Shown: positions 39,733-51,722, numbered from the stretch's first letter. The stretch: DNA of 56,395 nt from Catajapyx aquilonaris (GCA_000934665.2 KZ538823.1:62001-118395), one strand, 5' to 3'. Translations and numbers: made by a program. Notes: a model not told the origin generated them from the letters alone.

Positions 39733-40239
39733 GAATGACCCAGAATGGAAAGGTCATAAGTCCATGAGACAAAATTTTACAGGGGAGACAAAAAACTGAA
39801 ATGCGGCATTGTAAATTCATCAAGGTGGTCGGACTCGCGGGAATGTTAATCTTAGTCGACATTGGCATCTTGTTGAGCAGAGTTCGGTGGAAAACGCGTC
39901 ATGACAGATTCGTGAGAGCGATTTAAAAGGACGTAAGTCCCGTCCCTTTACTTCAACATTTTCCTGAATACATGTAGGTATTTACCGAATAATGACACGA
40001 TGGACCAAGTGCATTTTCATTCCGAAGCAGCAATTTCAGCATGGAAAAGGTGTAAGTCTAGATCTTCCCCCTTTGCCATTCTGGAGGCAATTCTGACATG
40101 CTAAAATATAGCATATGGGTGGGGACTTTCGCACCCTCTCATACTGGATCTTATGCCCTCCATGCTGAAGAGTTTCCTTCCGCGAAAAAGTCATTTTGAC
40201 CAAAAGGTGGACTTATGCCCTTTCCATTCTGGGTCATTC
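39733..40239. mobile_element. Sola1-type MITE
   Basis: 32-bp TIR gaatgacccagaatggaaagg.cataagtcca; ATAT 4-bp TSD on both sides. Confidence 0.8.
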
Positions 40240-40465
40240 ATATATTCCTTCATCTCTTTGTCACTGAGGCTCTTGCCTGCCAAATATTTTCTTGAGGTCG
40301 TGAAATATGTGAAGATCACATGATGCAAGAAATGGGCCCTGGTTTGGACTGGCTGAAAGATGTTCAGAGGTGTTCTACTCAACTATTGGAAAAGGGCACA
40401 GTCATGACAATACTAGCTGGCACGTGGCAGTTAATACACGGTCAATGGGGGTATTACTCAAAGTT

Positions 40466-41202
40466 TGGTGAGGCGGAGTGGTGCTGCAGTAACATATGTG
40501 CCCACAGATGTAAGGGTCCCAGGTTCGATCCCAAGCTTGGGCTTTCCCCCCTTCATCTCATGCAGAGTTGGGTCGTCTCTGGCTTCATCTCAGGTGGGAT
40601 TCCTTGAGACTAACCACCCGGGGGGAACTCATAAAATGTACCATTATGTACATTGCACTTGCACTTTGCACTTCACCTCCCAGTCACCCTGCCCTCGGAC
40701 CAGAGTATTTCATAAAAAGGTTCTGAATGTACAGATTGCATGGGGAGATGAAGTGGCGTCGCGGTAACGTGCGCGCCCACGGATATGAAGGTCCCGGGTT
40801 CAATCCCAACCCGGGGTTCCCACCTTTATCCGTGCAGAGTTGGGCCATCTCTGGCTTCATTTCGGGTGGAAATTTCCTAAAGACTAATCCACCCGGGGGA
40901 GTTCACAAAATGACCACTCAACGACAGCGCACATGCACTTTGCAGATCCCCTTCCAAACCCTTGGAGTAAACTAATAAGATCCTTCTTAACTCGCTCCAA
41001 CAAATCCCGATGGTGGTATTTCCCCCCCCNAGATAGCTCCCCCCGTGGGGTAATGAAAAAAAAAAATGTACAGATTGCACACAAAGGTTAATAAAGGTCC
41101 ATGCAATATACCCCAAGAGGAGGGAAAGCACTACCTGGATTATTATTATTATTATTATTATTATTCTTCTTCTTCTTCTTATTATTATTATTATTATTAT
41201 TA
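40466..41202 (+). mobile_element. SINE family A, tail type 1, interrupted by another SINE
   Basis: Head and body at 40466-40725; tail ataaaggtcc..gcactacctgga(tta)n resumes after 41080. Confidence 0.8.
40741..41064 (+). mobile_element. SINE family A, tail type 2, nested insertion
   Basis: 15-bp TSD aatgtacagattgca (40726-40740, 41065-41079); poly-A tail. Confidence 0.9.
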
Positions 41203-42284
41203 CTCAAAGTTTGTAACAGTTCAAGTAGTGCATCTTGGAGTATCCTGATTGTGGTCCAGACTTTGCACATGTTTTACCACCTCCAGAAAATTTCCAGAGA
41301 CAAAATGATATAGGATTGGCAGAGAGAGTGCTCAACAGACAGTGTAGTCTTACAAAATATGCTCCTAGGTCCTACCAATTGGAAAATACTTTGATCAACA
41401 TGGTGTTTATGCACATTAGAAGCTAAATATCAGTGCCACCATATGATTGTGTTGACTTTAGGTGGAAATAATGTAATTTTTTGTTACGGTCAAATGGTAC
41501 ATTTGAAAAGTGGTAATGGGCATTTCCATGCAAACACAGACATGGCATCGCAAATTTCAACCCCATAAAATTAACCGGAAAGAAACAGGCATTGGTAGGA
41601 GAAGGTTCCATGGTTCTGTTTCCCATGGGATTGTGAAATACAATGTCTGCCAGGCCAGTGGAGACAGTGGGAAATGAAGGAAATGTGGAAGCCACGAAAG
41701 TCGAGATGACACATCATATTCAGGCTTATTATTCGACGTTAAGCAAATGGAGTCAGTGAGCCATGTTACATGTCCTTGAGGAGGCCCCAAGGAATGACTG
41801 CATGCTATTCTTGTAATCTGGAATCAATGTCAATGAGTGACTTGGGCACAAACCTGACACATTTCAGTGTCTGTTCGTTATGGTGAAACATACGTGCATT
41901 TGACAGTTGTAACTTTTCTGATTCAAAGGTAAGTCAGTGAGCCTGACATTTTAGATCAAATGCATCATCTCTCTCAAATGACTGGAAACATCATTTCTCC
42001 GCCGTAACGAACGGACTTCCCATATAGTGAGGCGCACTTGAGCAGGCAAGCTACAGCTCTGTAGGGTGTGCAGGAATATTTCATGCGCACACATTGACCA
42101 GGTGACACCATTGGACATGTAAGTACCAGTTATGAGACCTCCATCCTACAGTCACTACAGAGCAGTTCCACGAAAATGTGTTTCCTACATAAACGTGCAA
42201 AAAGGGAAGTTCTAGGGAAAAATCATGTTAACATAAATTAACATGATTAATTCGGAACTAGATAGCTATTGCGTATGATATGTA

Positions 42285-42497
42285 CCCCCGCGAGCATAAA
42301 GATGGAGACGGCAGGCCCTCACCTTTGGCAGGCTGCTCTGTCAATCTCAGCAATTACGGTATCAAATATACTGTCATAAATACACGAACACACGCCTGAA
42401 GCAGCAAACTCGGTCCAAAAACAGTTCATTAATTAGAGTCGGATTTTTTAAAAATGTCAAAAAGGGCCTGCCGTCTCCATCTTTATGCTCGCGGGTG
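42285..42497. mobile_element. Tc1/mariner-type MITE
   Basis: TA flanks; about 35-bp TIR c.cccgcgagcataaagatggagacggcaggccct. Confidence 0.8.
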
Positions 42498-43344
42498 TAC
42501 CTAATTTCCTGCCACTGTATCATTCTCTACATTGGGAAAGTGATATACATGTGCACACAAATTATGCAGTATATATACCGTATGCTTCAGAATGAACATG
42601 AAATACTGTAGTGTCATGTACTATACCTAGGTTCAATGTCCCGTTCGCATCGGATGAAACTATGTCGCGTACCTGCTGGTCACCTTCACAGGGACTTCAA
42701 ATTATACAAAGCAGAGAGAAACGGGATGGAATGGGAAAGGTAGCCAGGGTGATGGGAGGATGAGATGAGGGGGGAAATATGCGTTCGTTCACCTAATTTT
42801 TGCAGCACGCTCGGGATTTGAAACATTAAAGTGCTGTCAGCTTGTAGGAGCGTCGATACAATTTCACCCGATACAAATGAGTCTCGAACAATTTGGCATC
42901 AGATGATTTTGGGAACTGTTCTTGACAAAGAAAGTTAGTCGTATGACCAGCATTCCTTGAAGTGCCTGAAAATTTCTGTATATATAGGTAACTGTCCTTA
43001 AGTCATTGTGAAATAAATTAGTGTCTATAGAAGTCGGACTATGAGCATCAAGCTCAATTAGGTTTAAACACATCTAGCATTGCTCCACATAAGGTATTTT
43101 ATTTTCCCTTTCCCAGTCACTCCAGGAAAGTTTGTGTCCTGTTGTCATGCACGTCACCATGAAGTAGTAGTATGCTTCCTGCTGTGTGTATTTATCCTTT
43201 TTTTGCGAATAAAAAGAGCTTCGCAGCTGTCGGTGGCGTACGATGACCGTTCGCTACAATCTGTCCGTTCGTTACGGCAGCATGGAGAGATCGGCGCTGG
43301 TGTTGCCATTATATGAAAACCCGAAGATCATTACGATATTATAG

Positions 43345-43467
<123 letters not shown>

Positions 43468-43800
43468 GACTGGACTGTCTTTTTGACAGGGGGTCCTGCA
43501 CAATGGAACACCGCAACTGTGTGTCACGTCACTGAATCTGCACCTGTCAGTGCGTTATAATACTACATCAGTACGAGCTTCGGTTTGTGTAGGCCTATAC
43601 AAGCGAGCTTATGGTTGGTCCTTTTCCATAACGCCCGGGTACCGCGAGCGAGGTGTTGTATTATATGTATCCATGGTAGTGATTGTTGATTAAAGTTATT
43701 AGATGACATTCTAAAGCCTAGTCCAGCCTTTGAGTAGCTCCCCCCCCTAACACAACATGGTGATGAAGTTGAAGCCTTTGTTCGTGCCTTCACTGCCTGT

Positions 43801-45161
43801 GTGCCTGCTTCAGATCGACGCTTGGCGGAAATTTGGTCTGCTCAGCAAGACGATGTGGTTTGCAGTAGGCTACGTGGCTATGTGACGGATGGATGGCCAG
43901 GGAAGAAGCAGCTAGAGCCATCGTGTCTGGTGTTTTGGCAAGTCAGAAATGAACTGGGCATCCAGGAAGACTTACTCGTCAGAGGATGTCGTATCCTGAT
44001 TCCGAAAGTACTTCGTCAAGACATCCTATCTCGCCTGCATCAAGGACACATGGGTATTTCAAAAACTCGTAGAAGAGCCGTAGAGTCCGTTTGGTGGCCA
44101 GGATTATCAACTGAAATTGAAGAAATGGTAACGAGGTGTCCAATATGTGCAGAATTCAGAACGAACAGGATGGAGCCACTGATGCCTCGTGCATTTCCTA
44201 CTCGACCGTGGGACAGAGTGTCACTGGACCTATTTCAGTTAAAAGGGACAGATTACTTACTCATCACCGACAACTATTCTCGATTTCCTGAAGTTTTCGG
44301 ACTGAAGACGAAGTCCACTGCAGAGATCATTACACATTGCCGGGAAACGTTTGGATGACATGGGATTCCCAATTCGATGCTGTCGGATTGTGGCACACAA
44401 TTTCGCCAGAGACTTGGAGCGGAATTTGAAAAATTCATGAGGGAGTTGGGTATCCAGCACACTAGGTCCAGCCCAAAATTTTCCCAGAGTAATGGATTCA
44501 TCGAAGCCAATGTAAGGTATATGGTCTGGTGACCCGTGGTAGCTTGCCCCCTGGGGTAACTTGTTGTTTACTGCTATCCTTTTACATATGTTGCCATGGT
44601 GATTGCCCGCAGGATAGCTTACCCAGGGTCATCAGACTAGGGGCCTAAAAGCTGTGAAAGCTATGATTAAGAAGACAAAAGACCTGTTCACAGTTCTGCT
44701 GGCATATAGAACGACGCCACTGGAAAACGGATTTTCTCCAGCAGAGTTGAGCATGGGGCGGAAGATCAAATGTATCTCCCTTCCTTGTCCTCAACTCTTC
44801 TCCCCACTTCTCGAGATATGAAGTGAGTTTGCGAAAAAAAAAAAAGAAATTCCGTGAGAAACAGAAGAGGGACTATGATCGCCGTCATGGGGTTCGCACT
44901 TTAAGCCATTTACGTCCAGGAGACCAGGTATGGATTGTTGATCTTCGCTGTGCAGGGGTTGTGTCTAGACCTGCTGGGACACCCAGATCCTACTGGATAG
45001 ACACTGCCTTGGGACCTGTACGGCGGAACCGACACCACCTGGTTCCTTCTCCAAACCTTCAGCTGAGTGCCCAGCAGACTCCAGAGGAGGTGAGACCTAC
45101 CAACACCTACCGGACTCGTTCGGGACGATTTGTGAGGCCTCCTGTCCGTATGGATGTTTGA
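43801..45161 (+). pseudogene. Retrotransposon integrase (H2C2 zinc finger, core and C-terminal region), disrupted
   Basis: LHQGHMG..VWWPG..CPIC; RPWDRVSLDLF; SNGFIE..YRTTP..SPAEL; RTRSGRFVRPP; in-frame stop at 44356, MITE insertion and frameshift. Confidence 0.9.
44516..44645. mobile_element. Small Harbinger-type MITE inside the integrase
   Basis: TAA on both sides; imperfect TIR gtctg.tgaccc; removing it restores the frame SNGFIEANVKAVK. Confidence 0.75.
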
Positions 45162-45312
45162 CCTCCAGAGAAGAGGGGATGTTGTACCTCCAGAGAAGGG
45201 GGGATGTTGTATTATATGTATCCATGGTAGTGATTGTTGATTAAAGTTATTAGATGACATTCTAAAGCCTAGTCCAGCCTTTGAGTAGCTCCCCCCCCCC
45301 CCCCNCAACACA

Positions 45313-45534
45313 AAGGGTGACTGGGAGTGGATGTGCAATGTGCATTGTGCAGTGGAATTTCTCTAACATGGTACATAGTTTGTGAACTCCCCCGGGTGGA
45401 TTAGTCTATCGGAAATTTCACCCGAGATGAAGCCAGAGACGGCCGCTCAACTCTGCACGAGATGAGGGGGGTGTCCCCGGGACCTTAACATCCGTGGGCG
45501 CATACGCCACTCCGCAGCGCCACTCTGCCTCCCC
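45313..45534 (-). mobile_element. SINE family A (5' part), split by the LTR element
   Basis: Family A head and body; continues on the other side of the LTR element at about 43630-43653. Confidence 0.75.
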
Positions 45535-46401
45535 GACTTGTTTTCATTGGAATGACCCATATATGCATTGTGGAATTAACTTATTTTAATGAAAGTCTCA
45601 TTGCATCATGGAGTAATATAAATGACATAGAACCATGGAAATGCCCAAAATGTCACATTGGGGGTATAGTAGATGGAGGGGTGGGGGAGGGAGGGAGGGA
45701 GGGGGAGAGAGACTATCTATATATATGTAGATGCAACTTTTGTCAGCAGGACGGCAGAGCTGCTGCAGTGAGGGGTTACAACTGATAGTCTCTCTCCCCC
45801 TCCCTCCCTCCCTCATATAGTGTGATAAGGTAATGTTTTCTTTCCGGATGCCTTGTTCAAATGGCCTATTAGCAATGTGCAGACTTTTTGTTTGGTAGGA
45901 TGATGACCCAGCTTGTCTCATGAAAACAATTCACCAATGACCTGTGAACTAAGTTATCATGGGCAAGTGTTTTTCTCTTTTCAAATAGCCTGTAAGTCTC
46001 ACTGCACTGCAGGACAGCTTTCGCAATGGTAGCTCTGTACTGCTCTATATTTTTTCCCTCTTTGAAATACACATATATTGAAGCAAATAAGGTCAGAATA
46101 CCTCACAGGCATGGTGTCAATGCTTTTGTCAGAGCTCAGAGGGATGGGTCGGTGAGAGGGCAGCTGTCTTTTAATTTTTGTGATTAATTTGATAATAATT
46201 GCTGGCCATTTTTGCCTGCCTAGTTTAACTGTCCCCCCCACAATCCAGTTCACTTCTGTTCCCTGTGCCCACATCAGTGCAACTCGCTGCAAAAGGTAAA
46301 ACGAGCACAGCAGCCGAGAAAAGCCCGCCGTATGCGAAATTATTATTTTTGTCCAAGGTCGCACAAGCTTAGGTGAACGTAACTGACAGAGAACACGCAA
46401 T

Positions 46402-46499
46402 CCCAGGTAGCACAAAAAGTTGGGCCAATATTGGCCCAATATCTAAGATATTGGGCCAACATTCGTCCAATATTGGCCCAACTTTTTGTGCTACCTGGG
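46402..46499. mobile_element. CMC/EnSpm-type MITE
   Basis: CCCAG..CTGGG termini, 2-bp AT TSD, 33-bp perfect TIR, internal ccaatattgg repeats. Confidence 0.8.
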
Positions 46500-46717
46500 A
46501 TGGAATCCTCCTATACTGTACACACGTCGGATATAATTTTAGGTATCTTATTTTATTTTTATTTTTATTTTATTTTGAGTACACAAAAGCCATTTTACCG
46601 TATACCGTACATGTCATTACCGCACACCATTCAAAGGAGTAAATTACCGTATGCCCCCACAATTACCGTACATATTGGAAACGATGCTTGAAAATGCACC
46701 CTGGAATGCACTACGAG

Positions 46718-47040
46718 TTTGAATTTTGAAGGAAAAGAAATCAGTTGGAACATCACTCCCCCGCCTGGCCCGCCACCTGATTCCCCCAACTCTTTCCCCC
46801 CCACTCCTTAATTTCCCAGTAACGCATGCGCTGTGCGGGCTCCAGACAGCCAATCACAGCGCAAGATTTTGCCCGCCAGTTTACACGTCCCAAGAACAAC
46901 CGGAGTACGCATGCGCCTATACGGTTCAGAGTGATGATTCGTGCCTATCTGATATGGCAGGATCTGATTTGGTCGGTGTTGAGACCTAGCAGTACCGGCA
47001 GTTTGTGTAACCCTCCCCCTAACGGCTAGCCGGATTCGAA
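46718..47040 (+). promoter_or_regulatory. Kinesin-8 promoter with cell-cycle motifs
   Basis: CHR-like tttgaa (46718, 46725) and ttcgaa (47035); CCAAT 46850; NRF1-like acgcatgcgc (46822, 46907); MYB-like taacgg (47020); strong donor gtaagc at 47179 suggests a non-coding first exon. Confidence 0.55.
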
Positions 47041-47941
47041 TTTTGGAGGCCAGCTCGCTGTTGTTCCGTTTTCACTCCTTTGCAGTGGGTGTATTCCATG
47101 TCGAATTAGGCGGATTGGTGTTCGAATCAGCGCATCTTCTGGTCGTTGGGCGGCTAGAGTATTCGTCTAATGACCTAGGTAAGCAGTGGGGGTGTAGGGC
47201 GGCCCCGGGGCAGCGCGAAATGACGACTTGTTTGCTAGTCCCTTTTTAGAGGGATTTTTCTGTTTCAAGATGGCCGTTTAGGACGGATTTTTTGGTGGGC
47301 AGGTCTGGGCCTTTATTACCTGGATTTCGGGGGCTAAGTGCTCTGTGCCATCTCAGGTACCTAGTTTGGAATCAAGTGTTAGGACATGATTGAGGATTGC
47401 TTTTGTTAGTTTGGCGGGAGTTTAGTAACTTGCAAATTTCATTTTGTGGGCCAAGTTTGTCATCCTTCAGGTCTGTTGGGCAGAAGTCAGGGTTGTGGGA
47501 GCCTGTTGATTGTCTGGAAAAAATTGCTGGATGTAAAGCCGTTTTGCAAGGGCATGCACTGAAAATGGCAAGCAAACTGCCTAATGTTGCACAGTGGAAA
47601 TTTTGATACCACCCCAGGCAGGTTTGGACATAAGATAACTACTCACTGGTGGAGTAAATACAATTTTCATTCTGTTCTACAGTGTTTATGTATTTCATTT
47701 ATTTTCATGTTTTAATTTATTCGGGAATTTGATCGTGTAATGGTTTCCTAAAATTGTGTACTTGCTGTCTAAATTTATCAAAATGTGTATTGTCTAGGGC
47801 CTTGGAACAGATTAATTCACTTCCCATGATATCTTATGGGAAAAATTGATTAGGACTTCGAACAATTCATAGTTCGAACGCCCTCCTGGAACGAATTAAG
47901 TTCGAAGTATGACCACTGTAGGTGCAAAATTTTTGGTTATA

Positions 47942-48115
47942 CAGTAAATCCTCAATATAACGCTCCAGCATATAACACTTTTCTGCTTTTAACTCCCCAT
48001 TTATCCGGTCCCTTGATCCTTTCCGTAAGGTAAATTTTCCTGCATATAATGCTATCCCGCTTATAACACTACTTTTGGGCGATCCGTTGAGGATCGTTAT
48101 GTCGAGGTTTTACTG
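47942..48115. mobile_element. Tigger/pogo-type MITE
   Basis: TA|cagtaaatcctcaatataacg ... cgttatgtcgaggttttactg|TA. Confidence 0.75.
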
Positions 48116-48649
48116 TAGTGTGTAGTATGTTACACTAATGATAAAGATCGATGCATGTTTTTATAATTTATTCATTGCTTACATTGGGCTCAAGTTCTAA
48201 CTGCTTTCCAATCCTAGTTTGTCTCACATGAAAAGGATATAAGGGTGATACTGTCCATGAACCTAGTTCTAGAGGAGGAGAGAGGAAGATGTTATGGATT
48301 GTTCATCCCAGCAACCAGTTTAAAGAGAACAGTGGATGTGAACCTGAATGTTGCTTTCAACAGGTTGTTTCTCATTAATTTGGTTGCTGGAGTGAACTAT
48401 TGCTAACTTCTCGCTTTCTCCTGTCTCCGCTGCACTTGGGCCTGAGGTAGTGCATCATTCTGTGTAATTATTTTAAAGGCTTGAACTGGATTTCAGGAAC
48501 ACCTTGCTAATCAGGTTCAATCAAATCTTTGCACAAATTTCTGAAATCAGGCACCAAACTAAGTTTTAATTCCTGCCCTTTCCAGGTCATAACTGAGATT
48601 TGCCTACTTTCCCATGTGACTGGGAGCGCGGCCTAGAAAAAACTTCAAG

Positions 48650-48939
48650 ATGGGAGTGAAGAAGAAAGTTGCGCGCCAGCCGGGGTCCCCCCGGAGGTCA
48701 CCCAGGCGACCTGGGACATATGTAGTGAAGCCAGCATCTGCTGGAAAGAGACCAGGAACATCTGGAAAGAGGCCAGGACCGGCTGTAAAGCGTCCAGGAT
48801 CAGCTGTAAAGAGACCAGGAAGGATTGAGTTGCAAAGCATCAGTCGGAGTGTTGAGGTTCAATCACAGTTTCGTGACAACATTCAGGTGGTGGTGCGAGT
48901 TAGGCCCGAGAATCAGAAGGAAATAGCCAAGGGAGAACG
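48650..48939 (+). CDS. KIF18A: Kinesin-8 (KIF18A/Klp67A-like) coding exon 1
   Basis: Acceptor at 48585, good Kozak aagATGg, NIQVVVRVRP motor-domain start, donor gtgagg (phase 2). Confidence 0.85.
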
Positions 48940-49235
48940 GTGAGGATAGTTTTATATATGGGATTATGTGAGACTGAAATAGTGCTTCATGTATTCTCAT
49001 CTCCACAATAGGGAATTAGGAAATTGTGTGCCTGTGGGGGTTTATATGGTTATACAGTGCTTAGAGCAATGCTTCCCAAACTGTGGGTCGTGAACATAAT
49101 ATTTGGGGTCACGAGGAAGGTAACATTATCTTTGCAAAATTATTTTGTCTCTGAAAAAATATGCCTCTAAACGTGAAGCTGTGTTAATTTATCTGTGATT
49201 GGCATTGACTACGACTGAGGGGGGGTAGTGTTTAA

Positions 49236-49736
49236 CCCTCGGACGGTGACGTGGGCACTTTTTGTGACCAACGACCCTTTTTTTGCTATAACTTGGCAGA
49301 TTTAGGACATTCGAGATTCATCTTTGAGAACATTTTCGTTTGACTATTTCTGTGATGAATGACGTTTAGTTTAAATTTTTTGAGCAAATAACACGACCAG
49401 GAAAAAATAAATTAGGCGGCAATGCGTAGTTGGGGCCTGACCAAGATCCGGTCTGGTGACTCCCGGTGGCATCCCAGGACGCCAAGGGGTGGAATCCCCC
49501 TACCCCTGGGAGTTGGCCCCGACTGATTTTCTTTCCGATTTTTTTTCTGATCGCACTATTTTCTCAAAAAATGTAAACTAAACGCTATTTGTCGTAGAAG
49601 GAGTCACACTATGATTGTCTCAAAGGTGAAGCCCGAATGTGCTATATTTCGCCAGATATATCAAAAAATATGGCTTGGTCACAAAAAGTGCCCACGTCAC
49701 CGGAGAGCGAACATTTCGCACGTCACCGTCTGAGGG
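49236..49736. mobile_element. piggyBac-type MITE
   Basis: TTAA flanks; TIR ccctcggacggtgacgtg; subterminal inverted repeat gtgacgtgggcactttttgtgaccaa. Confidence 0.85.
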
Positions 49737-49740
49737 TTAA

Positions 49741-50595
49741 TCCTTTGACGCCTCTCTAGCGCACAGAAAAATGGCGCAGTTTGAGGCTCAAACTGCTCCT
49801 ACCACCTCGTGGAATGGGGCTCAACTACCATGGTGTATGCTAATCAGTTTTTCCGCCTCCCAGTGGGAGCTAAACATACCCCCCCCCCCCCTCCCCCGCC
49901 TGAAAGTTTTTGACAACATCGGTGTCTGGACTCATAGGAATATTTCTCAAAGTACGGTGTTTTAGTAGTATTATGTAATCATAGTAACAATTTTATAGCG
50001 ACTTTAAAAATTCAAATAAATTTAATTGCATTTAAAGTTAATTGCACTTTAATTTTTTATTCTGGAACACCCTGTAGATGAATTTTTTTGGCATTGTACA
50101 TTCAAAAGGACCACCACGAGTTGAAATGATAAATATTGGAGCATATTGTTTTTCACTAATATTACTCCCATTTGATTTTTTATTTTATTTTTTTTCAAAA
50201 AGGGTTTTTTTTTTTTTTTTGCATTACCCCATATCTATTTATATATATGGGGGGTGGATTACCACCATCGGGATTTTTTTTGGAGCGAGTTAAGAATAAT
50301 CTTATAAGTATACTCCAAGGTAGTTAGGAGGGGATGTGCAAAGTGTGTGCGCGCGGGCGAGTAGTGGTCATTTTGTGAACTCCCCCGGGTGGCTTAGTCT
50401 ATCGGAAATTGCCACCCGAAACGAAGCCAGAGAAGGCCCAACTCTGCACGAAAGAAGGTGGGAACCCCGGGTGGGGATTGAACCCGGGACCTTAACTTCC
50501 GTGGGCGCGCGCGCGTTACCACGCCGCCACTCCGTCTCCCTTTTCAAAAAGAGACTAAAACGGCAAAAAAAAAAACAACCTAAGGCGTTAAAGGG
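49741..50595. mobile_element. Second piggyBac-type element sharing the central TTAA
   Basis: ttaa|tcctttgacgcct ... aggcgttaaaggg|ttaa. Confidence 0.6.
50204..50540 (-). mobile_element. tRNA-derived SINE family A, tail type 2
   Basis: TSD ttttcaaaaag; nearly identical to 32379-32728. Confidence 0.9.
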
Positions 50596-51085
50596 TTAAT
50601 TGAATTTTTACGAGACAATTTTCTGGGGTCGCCAACTAAAAAGATTGGGAAGCACTGGCTTAGGATTTCAAATTTTGGACATACGCTATATTCCCAATTA
50701 TCCGTACTAATAAATGCACAGGTGTGCCTGGATAATCTGGAAATGGTTCCAGATACCCTTAGAATGACCTATTCACAGGTTTTTAATGAACTAGTGTACA
50801 TAGTGTATACTGCTTTAAATAAGATTATATATCAAAATAATGAAACATACCATAGATTTTTAGTTTGTCTTCTGGATAGTCTATATGCTTCTTTGTTTGT
50901 GAGACATATTGACAGTTTTTCCGACTTATTTCTCTCTTTGGTTTTTGGTAATGCACACACAATCCACACTCAGATAATAGGGAGTACACTGTATATATTA
51001 TATTCCTCAATTATATCATGTTGGGAGGATGTGAAAACTGTCATATTTAAGTTGTTTTAGGTGGGAAAGGAAAAAGGTTTATCAT

Positions 51086-51722
51086 CTAAGAACGGATTTC
51101 TAGGTTCTAAAAAACCCTCAGATAGGTAGGAATTTAGGTCCTGAAAACAGATAAAATAGGCTCTTAAATAGGCAGTAAAAATCAAGCAGGTCCTAATTTA
51201 TTTTCAGTCCCAATCAGCCTACTCTTGGCCATGTAATTTTGCAACACAGTAACAAATTAGCAATTGTTACATATTTTAGTTTTTTAAATTATTATTTGTC
51301 CCTGATGCCTGTGTGACAGTACAACTTTATATGCTGAAAATGACCTTTCAACGTCACAAAGCAACTGGATCATTCTTGAAAAGTTAAATGTCTTGTACAG
51401 CCAGTTGATCCGGCATGTCTATAGGATACAGCTTCTTTGCTATTCACAGGTTGAAGCAGGAGAGATGACTTGAACGGAAAACATGTAAAAACTGCCGTAA
51501 ATATTACAAAATTGCGTCAAAAAGGTGTAAATAGGTGAAAATAGGCGCTAATATGCCATTTAGGTCCAAAAGTCTGAAATAGGCAATTTTAGGTTTGATA
51601 AAACTACGATTTGTGAGGTCCTTGTGTTATGAAATAAGATATTTGATAGATATAGATATTTTGGTTCTGGTGTTCTATCTACAAAATAAAAAGTAGGTAA
51701 AAACCTAGAAATCCATTCTTTG
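51086..51722 (-). mobile_element. hAT-like non-autonomous element with a transposase C-terminal remnant
   Basis: TIR c.aagaa.ggatttctagg; 8-bp TSD tttatcat / gttatcat; - strand CDVERSFSAYK motif. Confidence 0.7.

Larger units (their letters stand above)
43654..45312 (+). mobile_element. Gypsy (Mag-like) LTR retrotransposon, internally deleted
   Basis: LTRs 43654-43757 and 45205-45312 (TGT..CA, near identical); TGGTG after the 5' LTR; polypurine tract before the 3' LTR; imperfect TSD gagg/aagg. Confidence 0.9.
49067..50657. mobile_element. hAT-Charlie-type MITE hosting nested insertions
   Basis: TIR ca.tgcttcccaa / ttgggaagcactg; imperfect 8-bp TSD gcttagag / gcttagga; ggggtcg subterminal motifs. 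Confidence 0.7.

Noticed and set aside
43140..43258. Possible short solo LTR
   Set aside because: TGT..ACA and AATAAA are present, but there is no TSD or second copy
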